Shown here one piece after another: positions 27,727 through 36,805 of a DNA stretch of 64,000 bases (its first letter is position 1; each line of letters begins with the position of its first letter). Made by a program: the position numbers and the translations under genes. The stretch covers positions 2,912,001 to 2,976,000 of the forward strand of contig CAXXJJ010000004.1 of NCBI GenBank assembly GCA_963667015.2, in the 5' to 3' direction. The notes beneath the pieces were generated by a model, which searched no databases, had not been told where the DNA came from, and saw only the letters and a list, made by a program, of their open reading frames with translations. The stretch comes from Desulfatiglandales bacterium. Its GTDB lineage: Bacteria; Desulfobacterota; DSM-4660; Desulfatiglandales; HGW-15.

Positions 27727-28038
27727 ATGAAAAAACTAAAACCAATTACTCCTGGTGAAATTCTTCTCGAAGATTTTCTTAAACCTATGGGTATCAGTCA
27801 ATATCGGTTGGCCAAAGAAATAGGTGTGCCTGCTCAACGGATTAGTGAAATTATTTCAGGTAAACGTTCTATAACAGCTGATACAGATTTACGACTGTGT
27901 CGTTTTTTTGGTCTATCAAATGGCTACTGGCTACGAGCTCAAGCCGCACATGATACAGAAGTAGCTGAACGTGACCTTATGAAAGTAATATCAAAAATCA
28001 AACCTTGGGCAGAAAATATTGCCCAACAAAGCAATTAA
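27727..28038 (+). CDS. higA: HigA HTH antitoxin
   Basis: PGEILLEDFLKPMGISQYRLAK...RSITADTDLRL. Confidence 0.95.
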   Translation: MKKLKPITPGEILLEDFLKPMGISQYRLAKEIGVPAQRISEIISGKRSITADTDLRLCRFFGLSNGYWLRAQAAHDTEVAERDLMKVISKIKPWAENIAQQSN

Positions 28039-28150
28039 GGTGATTGGCTGGTTTTTCTTGCCGATTGACACTCAACAGTATCAATGGTCTTCATACTTTA
28101 TCGACCATCGGCACCATTAACCCGCCAACCCCTTATCGCAAACGTTGGCT
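28021..28150 (+). repeat. attC site (long class)
   Basis: GCCCAAC...GTTGGCT. Confidence 0.88.
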
Positions 28151-28171
28151 GTCAATAGAATCAGGAAAAAA

Positions 28172-28537
28172 ATGGCAAAGAAAAAGAATTTATCACCAAA
28201 ATATCAAGTATGGATTGATGCAAGAAAAAGGTTTCATCTTTCTCATGATCATATCCGAATGGCGCGGGAATTAGGTTTAAATCCAAAAAAATTTGGTAAA
28301 CTGGCAAATCATAAACAGGAGCCTTGGAAATTACCACTTCCGGAATATATTGAAGAATTGTATTTCAAACATTTTAAAAAGGAACCGCTAAAAAACTCAT
28401 TGTCTATAGAGCAACATGTAAAATTAAAAAAACAAAAAAATGCGGAAAGAAAAGAACGCAAAAGGCAGGAAAACGCCAAAGAAACAATTGAGCATGTTCC
28501 GGCCACTAATCCTGAATATGATGATATACCCTTTTAA
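28172..28537 (+). CDS. Basic hypothetical protein inside a family B-type frame
   Basis: W.DARKRFHLS...MARELGLNPKKFGKL...EPWK.PLP; cassette head GTTGGCTGTCAATAGAAT and family B tail. Confidence 0.82.
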   Translation: MAKKKNLSPKYQVWIDARKRFHLSHDHIRMARELGLNPKKFGKLANHKQEPWKLPLPEYIEELYFKHFKKEPLKNSLSIEQHVKLKKQKNAERKERKRQENAKETIEHVPATNPEYDDIPF

Positions 28538-28605
28538 GTAAATCTTTTATTTAAAAACATTAATTGAAAGTAAGCAGTCAAAAACAAACTAAACAGGTTG
28601 GCGGC

Positions 28606-28728
28606 TGCCAACAAGTGCATCTACAAGGACCGTGCTATTTTTTTCGCCTTTTTTAAATTACCTGCCAACTCGGCATCATCGCACCTTTAAAATGGAAGGT
28701 TGGTGTGCTGTAATGCTTTCTGTTTTGC
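28606..28728 (+). repeat. attC site, partly degenerate
   Basis: TGCCAAC...GTTTTGC; inner right arm shortened. Confidence 0.7.
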
Positions 28729-28740
28729 CAAAAAAATATA

Positions 28741-28770
28741 TTGCACGTACTAAATATTGTACGATATACT
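28741..28770 (+). promoter_or_regulatory. Promoter/operator of Phd-RelE TA cassette
   Basis: TTGCAC-N18-TATACT overlapping palindrome CGTAC-N8-GTACG. Confidence 0.6.
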
Positions 28771-28800
28771 GCACAAAATAAATACTTAATGAGGTGCAAC

Positions 28801-29082
28801 ATGCAAAGATTAAAAATAAGCCAGGATATCAAACCATTATCTGAAGTAAGGACTGGTATTGCAAATTTTATTAAACAAGTCCATGACACGAAAAGGCCTG
28901 TCATTATCACTCAGCATGGTAAAAGCGTTGCAGTCCTTCTAGACGCCAACGAATATGAAGCAATGCAAGAAAAACTTGATCTTTTAACAGACGTCCAGAT
29001 ATCCCTTAACCAGATTGAAAACGGGGAAGGAATAAATCATGAGGATGCAAAAACAAAAGTAGTAAAAAGAGTCCAAAAATGA
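28801..29082 (+). CDS. Phd/YefM family antitoxin
   Basis: IKPLSEVR...RPVIITQHGKSVAVLL; GAGGTG RBS. Confidence 0.92.
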   Translation: MQRLKISQDIKPLSEVRTGIANFIKQVHDTKRPVIITQHGKSVAVLLDANEYEAMQEKLDLLTDVQISLNQIENGEGINHEDAKTKVVKRVQK

Positions 29083-29375
29083 AAATAATATGGTCACCAT
29101 TAGCTATCGACAGAGCTTCTGAAATAGCTGACTATATTTATCAAGACAAACCATCCGCAGCGGAAAAATGGATCGATACCATATTTTCAAAGGTTGAACA
29201 GCTTAAATCTTCTCCAGAAATCGGAAGGATTGTTCCTGAAATAAAAAACGAGCACTTTAGAGAAATAATATACGGAAATTACCGCATAATATATCGTATC
29301 GAAAAGAAACAAATATCAATTCTTACAATTCGGCATGGTATGCAAATAATGCCAATAAAAGAAATTTTGGCATAA
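29079..29375 (+). CDS. RelE/ParE family toxin
   Basis: MKIIWSPLA...GRIVPE...REIIYGNYRIIYRI; 4-nt overlap with antitoxin. Confidence 0.92.
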   Translation: MKIIWSPLAIDRASEIADYIYQDKPSAAEKWIDTIFSKVEQLKSSPEIGRIVPEIKNEHFREIIYGNYRIIYRIEKKQISILTIRHGMQIMPIKEILA

Positions 29376-29479
29376 CATCAAAATAAACTCAGACCGGGTT
29401 AATCTCTTGCCAGATCGAAGTTGAGTGCAACATAGTCACAATTGAGGTTGGCAGATATTTGTAATATTAAACCGCCCGA
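29370..29479 (+). repeat. Truncated attC (no L'/R')
   Basis: Matches 6269-6400 up to AAACCGCCCG, then diverges. Confidence 0.7.
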
Positions 29480-29551
29480 TAAGGGGTTAGGGATAAAGGA
29501 CTTATTTTTACCATTTCGTGAAAACACATAAAAATCAGGGGAGATCAAATA

Positions 29552-30517
29552 ATGGAAAATCAATTTAAGGAGATAATTCATTACGCCACACTTGCTCCCT
29601 CGGGACACAATACCCAACCGTGGCAATTTTCAGTCAAAAACAACTCTATCCTAATATATCCCGATTACTCCCGAAGACTTCCCGTCGTCGATCCTGACGA
29701 TCATGCGTTGTTTATTAGTCTGGGATGTGCTCTGGAAAATCTCATAATTGCGGCAAACCACATGGGCTATAGTGCAAAAGTTGAATATTTTCCGGCGGAT
29801 GAAGAAAAAGATTGCATTCGAGTAACCATTAATAAAGAAAATCTCGGATTTGATGCTGACCTTTTCGATGCCATCACAAGTCGACAAGCAACCCGAAGCA
29901 AGTATGATGGCCAACCGATTCCTACGAAAGACTTGGAGAAGCTCAAACAAGCCAGTAAGCAGGATAAGGTTTCTTTTATCTTATTTACCGAGGGAAAAGA
30001 AATTGATCCGATCATAGAATTTGTAAAACAGGGGAATATACTGCAGTTTCGCAATAAATCATTCGTCAATGAATTAATCAAATGGATTCGTTTCAGTAAA
30101 AAGGATGCTCTTACGAGTCGTGATGGATTGAACTCTGCTTCCATGGGTTTACCGTTTGTCCCAACATGGTTGGGCAAATTTATTCTTAATACTTTTGCTA
30201 CGCCTGAGGGTGAAGCAAGAAAATGTGAAAAACTCATTCGCGGGTCATCAGGTTTAGTATTATTTATTGCTAAATCCAATGACAGAAAATCATGGATTAA
30301 TGTGGGTCGAAGTTTTGAACGGGTTATGCTTAAAGCCACTTTTCTCAACATTAAGCATGCCCACATGAATATGCCTTGCGAAGAAATAGAAACCAGAACG
30401 AACCTACAAAAACACTTGGGTCTGAAGGACGAGCAACCATTGTTATTACTGCGAATAGGTTACTCAAATCCCAAGCCTAAATCCTATCGTCGCCCTGTTG
30501 AAGAAGTCCTGGTTTGA
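29552..30517 (+). CDS. Acg-family FMN-binding nitroreductase-like protein
   Basis: ATLAPSGHNTQPW, DPDDH...SLGCALENL, LLLRIGY...RRPVEEV. Confidence 0.9.
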   Translation: MENQFKEIIHYATLAPSGHNTQPWQFSVKNNSILIYPDYSRRLPVVDPDDHALFISLGCALENLIIAANHMGYSAKVEYFPADEEKDCIRVTINKENLGFDADLFDAITSRQATRSKYDGQPIPTKDLEKLKQASKQDKVSFILFTEGKEIDPIIEFVKQGNILQFRNKSFVNELIKWIRFSKKDALTSRDGLNSASMGLPFVPTWLGKFILNTFATPEGEARKCEKLIRGSSGLVLFIAKSNDRKSWINVGRSFERVMLKATFLNIKHAHMNMPCEEIETRTNLQKHLGLKDEQPLLLLRIGYSNPKPKSYRRPVEEVLV

Positions 30518-30523
30518 ATTGGT

Positions 30524-30581
30524 ATACAACATCAGGTTCAACAGGCCATACTTCGTCCGCCTGTTAACTTGCGCGTTACAG
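30524..30581 (+). repeat. Last attC of the array (short class)
   Basis: ATACAAC...GTTCAACAGG/CCTGTTAAC...GTTACAG. Confidence 0.78.
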
Positions 30582-30744
30582 GGCTAAAACAGGGAGAAAA
30601 TAATGCGTTACCAAGTAGATATTAAAAGGTGTTGAGGCAACTGTTAACGAGTCATCTATAAATACACCTATGATGATGTTCCCATCAACAAATCAAAAAT
30701 GGGAATGAGGTGGTCTTCATAGTATTCAAAAGGCAATATAACAC

Positions 30745-30969
30745 TTATGTATGTTCATGAACTATTAGCCATTTCCCCTTCACCTTCTGAAAAACAAAAG
30801 AATTTCTATACTGGTTCACTTCCTGTTCCGTTGTTGTCGGATTTGTGTACCTGTATATGAAATACTGGGTTACTACAGCAACGTCATTCCCCACCATGGC
30901 GACCCGCTGATTGTGAGGAGAAATTACGTATGTTCCGGGCGGATCTGCCAGCATGCTCTTCCAGACCAT
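30745..30969 (-). pseudogene. C-terminal remnant of NTF2/SnoaL-like protein
   Basis: FVFQKVKGKWLIVHEH ending typical of the fold; N-terminus missing. Confidence 0.55.
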
Positions 30970-31309
30970 TGAGAAGGCTCCCCAGCCCTGAGATAAAAAG
31001 GATACTCATCCGACGCAACAGTTACCGATGACGCTGTAAAGAAGCAAAACAACAGTTAAACGATTTTTCAGAATGATATGGAAATGTTTGGTAACCGGGA
31101 AAAACAGGTCTTACGTGAAGATTATTTTGAATGGTCCACTTGAAATCAAATTGAATTTTTCATTTTTCAAGATGCATAATGATCATAAAAGGAAATCTAT
31201 GAATCAGGAGTAAAAATTTACTCCAAAATTTTTTAATAAGCATGCTTTTTTGCTTATCAGGAATGGCAGTTACTGATTATTTTATCCTTATATTATGTTT
31301 CTTAATGGT

Positions 31310-31492
31310 TTATTGCTTCCCTATTCTTTCATTATACTCAGCCTGAACTTTCTTCAGTTTGCTGTAAAGCTCTTCCTCGGTAATAATCCCCTTCTCTATT
31401 AAAAGCCTGCAGAGAGTATCAATCTGTATGGTATTTGCGACTAATAATTCTTTAAAACTGGCCAGTTCTTTTACATCTGGTTGTTGTCCCAT
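31310..31492 (-). CDS. Small hypothetical protein
   Basis: AGGAG RBS; LLIEKGIITEEE motif. Confidence 0.75.
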   Translation of the reverse strand: MGQQPDVKELASFKELLVANTIQIDTLCRLLIEKGIITEEELYSKLKKVQAEYNERIGKQ

Positions 31493-31543
31493 TGTTCTCC
31501 TTTATTTTCTGCTGAATCATTTTTTACGCAACATGGTTATCTC

Positions 31544-32338
31544 TCACTTTACAATCCTTAACCTGTGAGTCTTTCTAAGCCGGTCCCACAGGGCATGTAT
31601 AATTAACCCCGACACTTCATTTTCATCTATATCATTCCTTCCGGATATATACATGCAATCCATGATTAATGGTTCATTGCCATTCCACATATATTTATTT
31701 CTGATATAGCTTCCCAGGGTATTATCAAGGGAACGCAAGTCGCGTTCCTTCATGTTTGCTATCCTGGCCTTGTCTCTAAGGGGTAATTCCTCGACAAGTC
31801 GTTCTATTACATCTTCAACAGTTTCCAGCAGTAACGGAGTCGGATTCATAGGATCGGGCACACTGCTTTCAATTATCTCCATATGAAAGACGGTGGTCAG
31901 CAGTCTCATTGCTGCCTGATAAATATATTTGTCGTTGCTGATTCCCGGGCCGGTTACATTAAGGATTTCTATATGGTTATCAGATGCCCACTTTTTTACA
32001 ACATGGGCGGCCTGAAAGGCATTAATTTTATCAAGGTCGATATGGAGGTATGGTTTATTATGCTTTTCAGCCTTTCCCCGGATAAACCTCTCTCCTCCGG
32101 ACAGCTTCCCGTGTGATATGACAAGGGTTCCGTCAGAATCGATTACGTTCTGTTCAGTCCTTTTTTCATCGCTGTCGGTAGGCATCTCGGTTAACTTATA
32201 TTTGTTTGGCAAACGGCCGGCCTCGGTTAGCCTGCCTTTTGATATCCATCCGCCATGAGGGACATGGCATTGAATAGCTGCATCCAGGGCAGCCTGCTCA
32301 GCCCCGGTTTGACCTCCCGAAATAATCTTTTTGATCAT
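31544..32338 (-). CDS. Putative molybdenum-carrier (SLOG/YpsA-like) protein with extra C-terminal domain
   Basis: KIISGGQTGA..AALD, RTEQNV.DSDGT, LNV.GP. Confidence 0.85.
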   Translation of the reverse strand: MIKKIISGGQTGAEQAALDAAIQCHVPHGGWISKGRLTEAGRLPNKYKLTEMPTDSDEKRTEQNVIDSDGTLVISHGKLSGGERFIRGKAEKHNKPYLHIDLDKINAFQAAHVVKKWASDNHIEILNVTGPGISNDKYIYQAAMRLLTTVFHMEIIESSVPDPMNPTPLLLETVEDVIERLVEELPLRDKARIANMKERDLRSLDNTLGSYIRNKYMWNGNEPLIMDCMYISGRNDIDENEVSGLIIHALWDRLRKTHRLRIVK

Positions 32339-32356
32339 GGTTATATGTATGCATCT

Positions 32357-32605
32357 CTATTTTACAGTTTTCTTGCCGGCCTTCTTTTTACCTTCTACTT
32401 TCTTTGCAGCCGGTTTCTTTTTGGCTTTTCTCTTTTCAGCGGCTGCAGCAATTAAAATAATCCTGGCCTTTTTAAATTCCGATTCCAGTCTTTTAATTTC
32501 GGCTTTTAATAAAGCGGTTTCATTGTTAAGTTTGGATAATTTTGTCCTGGCCAGGGTTAAACTGTAGTTAATCTGATTTGCAGTTGCCACACCGTCTCCT
32601 TTCAT
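32357..32605 (-). CDS. Small coiled-coil, Lys/Ala-rich protein
   Basis: Histone-like basic C-terminus; start uncertain. Confidence 0.6.
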   Translation of the reverse strand: MKGDGVATANQINYSLTLARTKLSKLNNETALLKAEIKRLESEFKKARIILIAAAAEKRKAKKKPAAKKVEGKKKAGKKTVK

Positions 32606-32831
32606 TACATGTTCATAAAATAAAAAACCCCACTCTCTATTTTGAAAGCCGGGTTTATTAAACTAATCAATCCATAACAGTCCTTCCTAATGGTTTAGCA
32701 TGTATTAATTAAATATCATTTATTATCCTTAATTACCCTTTCAATAACTAAAGATCAAGAGATTTAGCTTAAATACATACAAAAAAAGATACAAACTGAA
32801 TTTCTCTCTTAAATATCCCTGAATATTACAT

Positions 32832-34355
32832 TCAATTGTATTTTTTAACCATTACCTTGTTTTTCCCCGTCCTTTTTGCACCGTATAATGCATCATCTGC
32901 CCTCTTCATCAGGCTATCAACACTATCTCCCTCCTTCGCAGGATAGGCAGTGGAAACGCCACAACTTATGCTTAATGCAATTTTTTCGTTACCGTTAAAT
33001 GATGTATCAAGGTTTTGAATCAGACGATTGATAATTTTTGTAATTTTACAGGCATTTTCAATACCTGTTCCCGGAAAGATAAAAGCGAATTCCTCACCGC
33101 CATATCTTGCTACATAATCATTTCTTCTCAGATTGGTTTTAAAGGCGTCAGCTATTCTCATCAATACATGATCACCCGCCTTATGCCCATAGGTATCGTT
33201 AATCTTTTTAAAGTCATCAATATCGACCATGGCCATTGAGACAGGGGCGTTACTGCGTTTTGAGCGATACCATTCTTTTTCAAGCAATTCATCCATAAAC
33301 TGTCTGTTGTACAAACCTGTCAGAGGATCCTTACTGGCCAGAAGCTTGAGATCCTGGTTCTTTTTCTCCAGTTTTTCGGCAAGTTTCTTTTCTCTTTCAA
33401 TCGCCTTATTCAAATGGTATTTTGCAGCCTCATTTGATATGGCCATATTTAGAATTTCTTCATTAGCCTCAAGCATTATCTGTTCGTATTTCTTTTCCGC
33501 CCCCACATCAATTTCAAAATATGATGCAATTTCAACAAGCTGCGGATGAATATTGTGAAGCAGTTCTTCAGTCTTGTCAGCTTCAAGCCCTAACAATGTC
33601 TGCGCCCTGGTCGTAAATTCTTTGATATTATCGCTTTTTTTCCCGAGATAAAAAATATCACCAACTAAAGAGGCCAGATAATAAACTGGTGAGACAGCGG
33701 TATCTTTTGAATTGAGAGGATCATTTGACGGTTCACTATGATGGCTTAGAATTGAGAGCTTGATTTTTTCAGGAAGGCACCATTTATCGGCCAGCAGGCT
33801 GCCGACCTCTACATGATCAGCTCCCAGAAATTCCCTTTCTTCAGCAAGCGACAACCTTCCTTCGTGTTCCATCTTTTCTATCAATCGGTAGGCCATATCC
33901 TTATTAAAGGAATAAAAGGCGATCAGTCCTATGTCATGTAAAAGGCCATTGGTAAAGGCATCTTCATGATTTTTATTTCCAATAAGAGAACATAATTCAC
34001 GGGCAGCTATACCGCTTAAGATTGATCTCTGCCAGATCTTTGATAGAAAGAAAGATTCGGAAGGTGAAAACAGATCAACTACGCCAACAGCCAGTGCGAT
34101 ATTTCGAACAGCAGTAAATCCCAGGAGTACAACGGCCTGGTCTATGGAGGTGATTTTTCTTAAAAGCCCAAAGGCTGATGAGTTTGTAATCCTCATGATA
34201 GCAGCAGATAAACCGACATCCCTCTTGATGACATCAGCAACTTGAGAAATGCTGGATTCATCATTTTGAGTAAGACTCACTAATTTTGCAATTGAACCTG
34301 ATAGAACCGGGAGATTTTTTCCGGATTCAATCCACTCGTATATAGTTGGGCTCAA
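32832..34355 (-). CDS. HDOD-domain diguanylate cyclase
   Basis: HDOD (GLLHDIG) plus GGEEF with DPLTGLYNR; TTG start with AGGAGA RBS. Confidence 0.93.
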   Translation of the reverse strand: MSPTIYEWIESGKNLPVLSGSIAKLVSLTQNDESSISQVADVIKRDVGLSAAIMRITNSSAFGLLRKITSIDQAVVLLGFTAVRNIALAVGVVDLFSPSESFFLSKIWQRSILSGIAARELCSLIGNKNHEDAFTNGLLHDIGLIAFYSFNKDMAYRLIEKMEHEGRLSLAEEREFLGADHVEVGSLLADKWCLPEKIKLSILSHHSEPSNDPLNSKDTAVSPVYYLASLVGDIFYLGKKSDNIKEFTTRAQTLLGLEADKTEELLHNIHPQLVEIASYFEIDVGAEKKYEQIMLEANEEILNMAISNEAAKYHLNKAIEREKKLAEKLEKKNQDLKLLASKDPLTGLYNRQFMDELLEKEWYRSKRSNAPVSMAMVDIDDFKKINDTYGHKAGDHVLMRIADAFKTNLRRNDYVARYGGEEFAFIFPGTGIENACKITKIINRLIQNLDTSFNGNEKIALSISCGVSTAYPAKEGDSVDSLMKRADDALYGAKRTGKNKVMVKKYN

Positions 34356-34513
34356 AAATCTTCTCCTTTCAGTGTCTTTAAGCAGAAGCTATTATTCAGC
34401 AACAGCATGAAAACCGTATAAATTTTTAATTTTTAATCGTGATTCTAGAAAAAATATAAACTGGAAAGATAAAAATGAGTTGTATCCAGCTCATATTAAA
34501 ACGGGCATATTAC

Positions 34514-34540
34514 TTATCGGCAGGGGAAAAAATTACTTTA
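34514..34540 (-). promoter_or_regulatory. sigma-28 (FliA) promoter
   Basis: Minus strand TAAA-N15-GCCGATAA, exact consensus. Confidence 0.75.
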
Positions 34541-34650
34541 AAATAACTTTATATTAGAGGATTCGGGCGGGAAAAATCATACTCATCAGCCTGCTTATAT
34601 TGATTCTTCAACACAGTCTTAAAATATTGCACCTATTATTTGCAGGAAAG

Positions 34651-34679
34651 AAAAAAGGCAGGTATTTGAAAACCCTGCC
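34651..34679 (-). terminator. Rho-independent terminator
   Basis: GGCAGG-N11-CCTGCC followed by T6 on minus strand. Confidence 0.6.
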
Positions 34680-34820
34680 CTATATATTTTAAAGCTTCCC
34701 AAGATGCCGTTTTAATCCCCGAGGCGAATCTCCAGCATTAACTTTAATGGTGAGATGCCCGGCTGAAAAGATGCACGCACATCAGAGAAGCTTTTTAAGC
34801 AATCATCCCAACTCCTGGTT
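34651..34820 (-). ncRNA. Candidate structured small RNA
   Basis: TATAAT at 34826-34831, long bulged hairpin 34691-34794, terminator; family not recognised. Confidence 0.4.
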
Positions 34821-34967
34821 TATAAATTATAACCTTCGGAGGCGTTAAGCCATCACATGGTTTATGTATTAAGTGTTGAAGTTGGATGTACTTAACTTTA
34901 GTTTAAAAATAAGCATGAAATATGATGGGTCAATGGAAAAATTAAAAAAAATTTATAAATTATCTGA

Positions 34968-35363
34968 TCATATAAATAATGCTGGCAGGTACAGGGCACA
35001 GACGATAAGAAGAGCACACCAGACTGCAATTATTATTGCGGCAGCCATTTTGCTTCGGGGAATTTCCCGTGAAATTCCATCCTGATACTTCAGATAGTAT
35101 TCTTCCCATATATTGGAAGGCACCAGTTTTATAGCCATCCAGATTCCCAGTGGAAGCAGAATCAGATCATCGAGATAACCCAGGACCGGGATAAAATCGG
35201 GGATTAAATCAATGGGGCTCACAGCATAGCCGATAACGCCTATGATAACAAGTTTAGGCAGCAGGGGAACCCTTGGGTCCCCTGCTACCTTATAAAGTGT
35301 ATAAATATTGCGTTTAATCCTAAACGCCCACTGCCTTAAAGTGGATAAAGTCATAATGATCAA
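34968..35363 (-). CDS. YkvA/DUF1232 family membrane protein
   Basis: YAVSPIDLIPDFIPVLGYLDD. Confidence 0.92.
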   Translation of the reverse strand: MIIMTLSTLRQWAFRIKRNIYTLYKVAGDPRVPLLPKLVIIGVIGYAVSPIDLIPDFIPVLGYLDDLILLPLGIWMAIKLVPSNIWEEYYLKYQDGISREIPRSKMAAAIIIAVWCALLIVCALYLPALFI

Positions 35364-35373
35364 TAGAGTCTGT

Positions 35374-36753
35374 TTAGAAATATATCTGAAAACGGGTCAT
35401 CAGGATGTTTGTGTCTGCTTCATCAATTATTACGCCTCCGCTGTTCCTGTCTTCAATTTTGGCAAGGATATAATTCAGATCCCAGCGCAGGTTAGGGTTA
35501 AGATACCAGTTTAGTCCAAAGGTCCAGTTGGTTTCTTTTCCGCCCATGATGTCATTATCGTTCAGGTCAAGCACTGAATACCTTAAAGCGATCTCCCATG
35601 CCCCCCAGCCGGGTTTGTTGAGCTGAAAATCGTTATTAATCTTTACCCTTGTGAATTCTCCTCCGCCATCATCTACCTGCCTGTATGCACGGTTTTCACC
35701 TGTTAGAAAATAGCTGCAGAATATATACCATGCGGAAAATTCCGGATCGTCTGCAGTCTCTGAATCTACCATGGTATAAACATATTCGCTCTGAACAGAA
35801 AAGGGCCCCCTTACATAACCTATTTCACCACCCAGCAGGTCTACTGCACCGACCCCGGCAATATTTCCCGTATCCGCCAGGCGGACATCGGTAATGTGTG
35901 TTTCCGGACGTTCTCTCAGCCTTAACGTATTATCATCTTTTCTGAACTGATGGCTGTAGGCTAGACCCAGGTGTAAAAGATTCCGGCCGTTATCGCTGTT
36001 GATGGGAAGACCGGTGATTCGACCTGTAAAATCGTAGTCTGATCCGTCTTTGAAACCATCACCCGTATCATCAACATCCTTCATAAGGCTTAAAGACCAG
36101 GTCAGGTTTTTATCGGCTGTGCTGTTTATTATTTTCACCCCTGTATTCCTGGTTGGTAAGAGTGCCGATATGAGACCTTTTTCCATAAAAACAAGATACA
36201 TGAAGTTATTGAGCTGTTCCATGGAAAAGGGCTCCTTCTGGTGCCCGAAACGTATCTCCCCGAGGCAGGGAATATTTTTCATCCCCACCCACACATCCTT
36301 GAAATCCGTATCGCCGCCTACAAAATCATATTCTGCCCTGAATGTGATATCATTATAGATACTTCCGGAGAATTCAATCCTGGCCTGCCTGAATTCCGTT
36401 CCGCTTCCTTCAAGCAGGGTATCACCGAACACATCTTCAAGTTCATTATCCGCATTGATTACCGCCCAGTCACTCAATATCCTGCCAACAAACCTGACAT
36501 CAATGGCCTTATCATCACTGGTAAGCCTGAAACCGTTTTTCCACTGGACCTTTATTTCCTTATCTTTTTTCTTCTGTGTAATCTGTTTTGATAAGTCTTC
36601 ATACTGAGTGTCTGTAATAGCCTTGTTTTCGTGCAACACCTTGAGAAGCTCAATATTGGGATCACTATTATCCTGACCGGCAAAAGATTGTTGTCCGGCA
36701 AACATCAGCAGCAGCATGATTCCGAACTTGAACATCATACCAATTTTCTGCAT
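35374..36753 (-). CDS. OprO/OprP-family anion-selective porin
   Basis: Signal peptide, EFRQAR, GAWEIALRYS, GLNWYLN, C-terminal F. Confidence 0.9.
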   Translation of the reverse strand: MQKIGMMFKFGIMLLLMFAGQQSFAGQDNSDPNIELLKVLHENKAITDTQYEDLSKQITQKKKDKEIKVQWKNGFRLTSDDKAIDVRFVGRILSDWAVINADNELEDVFGDTLLEGSGTEFRQARIEFSGSIYNDITFRAEYDFVGGDTDFKDVWVGMKNIPCLGEIRFGHQKEPFSMEQLNNFMYLVFMEKGLISALLPTRNTGVKIINSTADKNLTWSLSLMKDVDDTGDGFKDGSDYDFTGRITGLPINSDNGRNLLHLGLAYSHQFRKDDNTLRLRERPETHITDVRLADTGNIAGVGAVDLLGGEIGYVRGPFSVQSEYVYTMVDSETADDPEFSAWYIFCSYFLTGENRAYRQVDDGGGEFTRVKINNDFQLNKPGWGAWEIALRYSVLDLNDNDIMGGKETNWTFGLNWYLNPNLRWDLNYILAKIEDRNSGGVIIDEADTNILMTRFQIYF

Positions 36754-36805
36754 AAACTTTTCCTCCCCTGTTTTGTTTCAACAATAAATTCAAATGAAAG
36801 GCCGA

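Larger units (their letters stand above)
1..30581 (+). mobile_element. Integron gene cassette array (about 49 attC sites; intI not in window)
   Basis: Short co-oriented ORFs each followed by RYYYAAC-L''...L'-GTTRRRY imperfect palindromes; the first 7 nt of most cassettes are complementary to their own R'' heptamer (e.g. GTTAGTG 608 / CACTAAC 1157). Confidence 0.97.
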
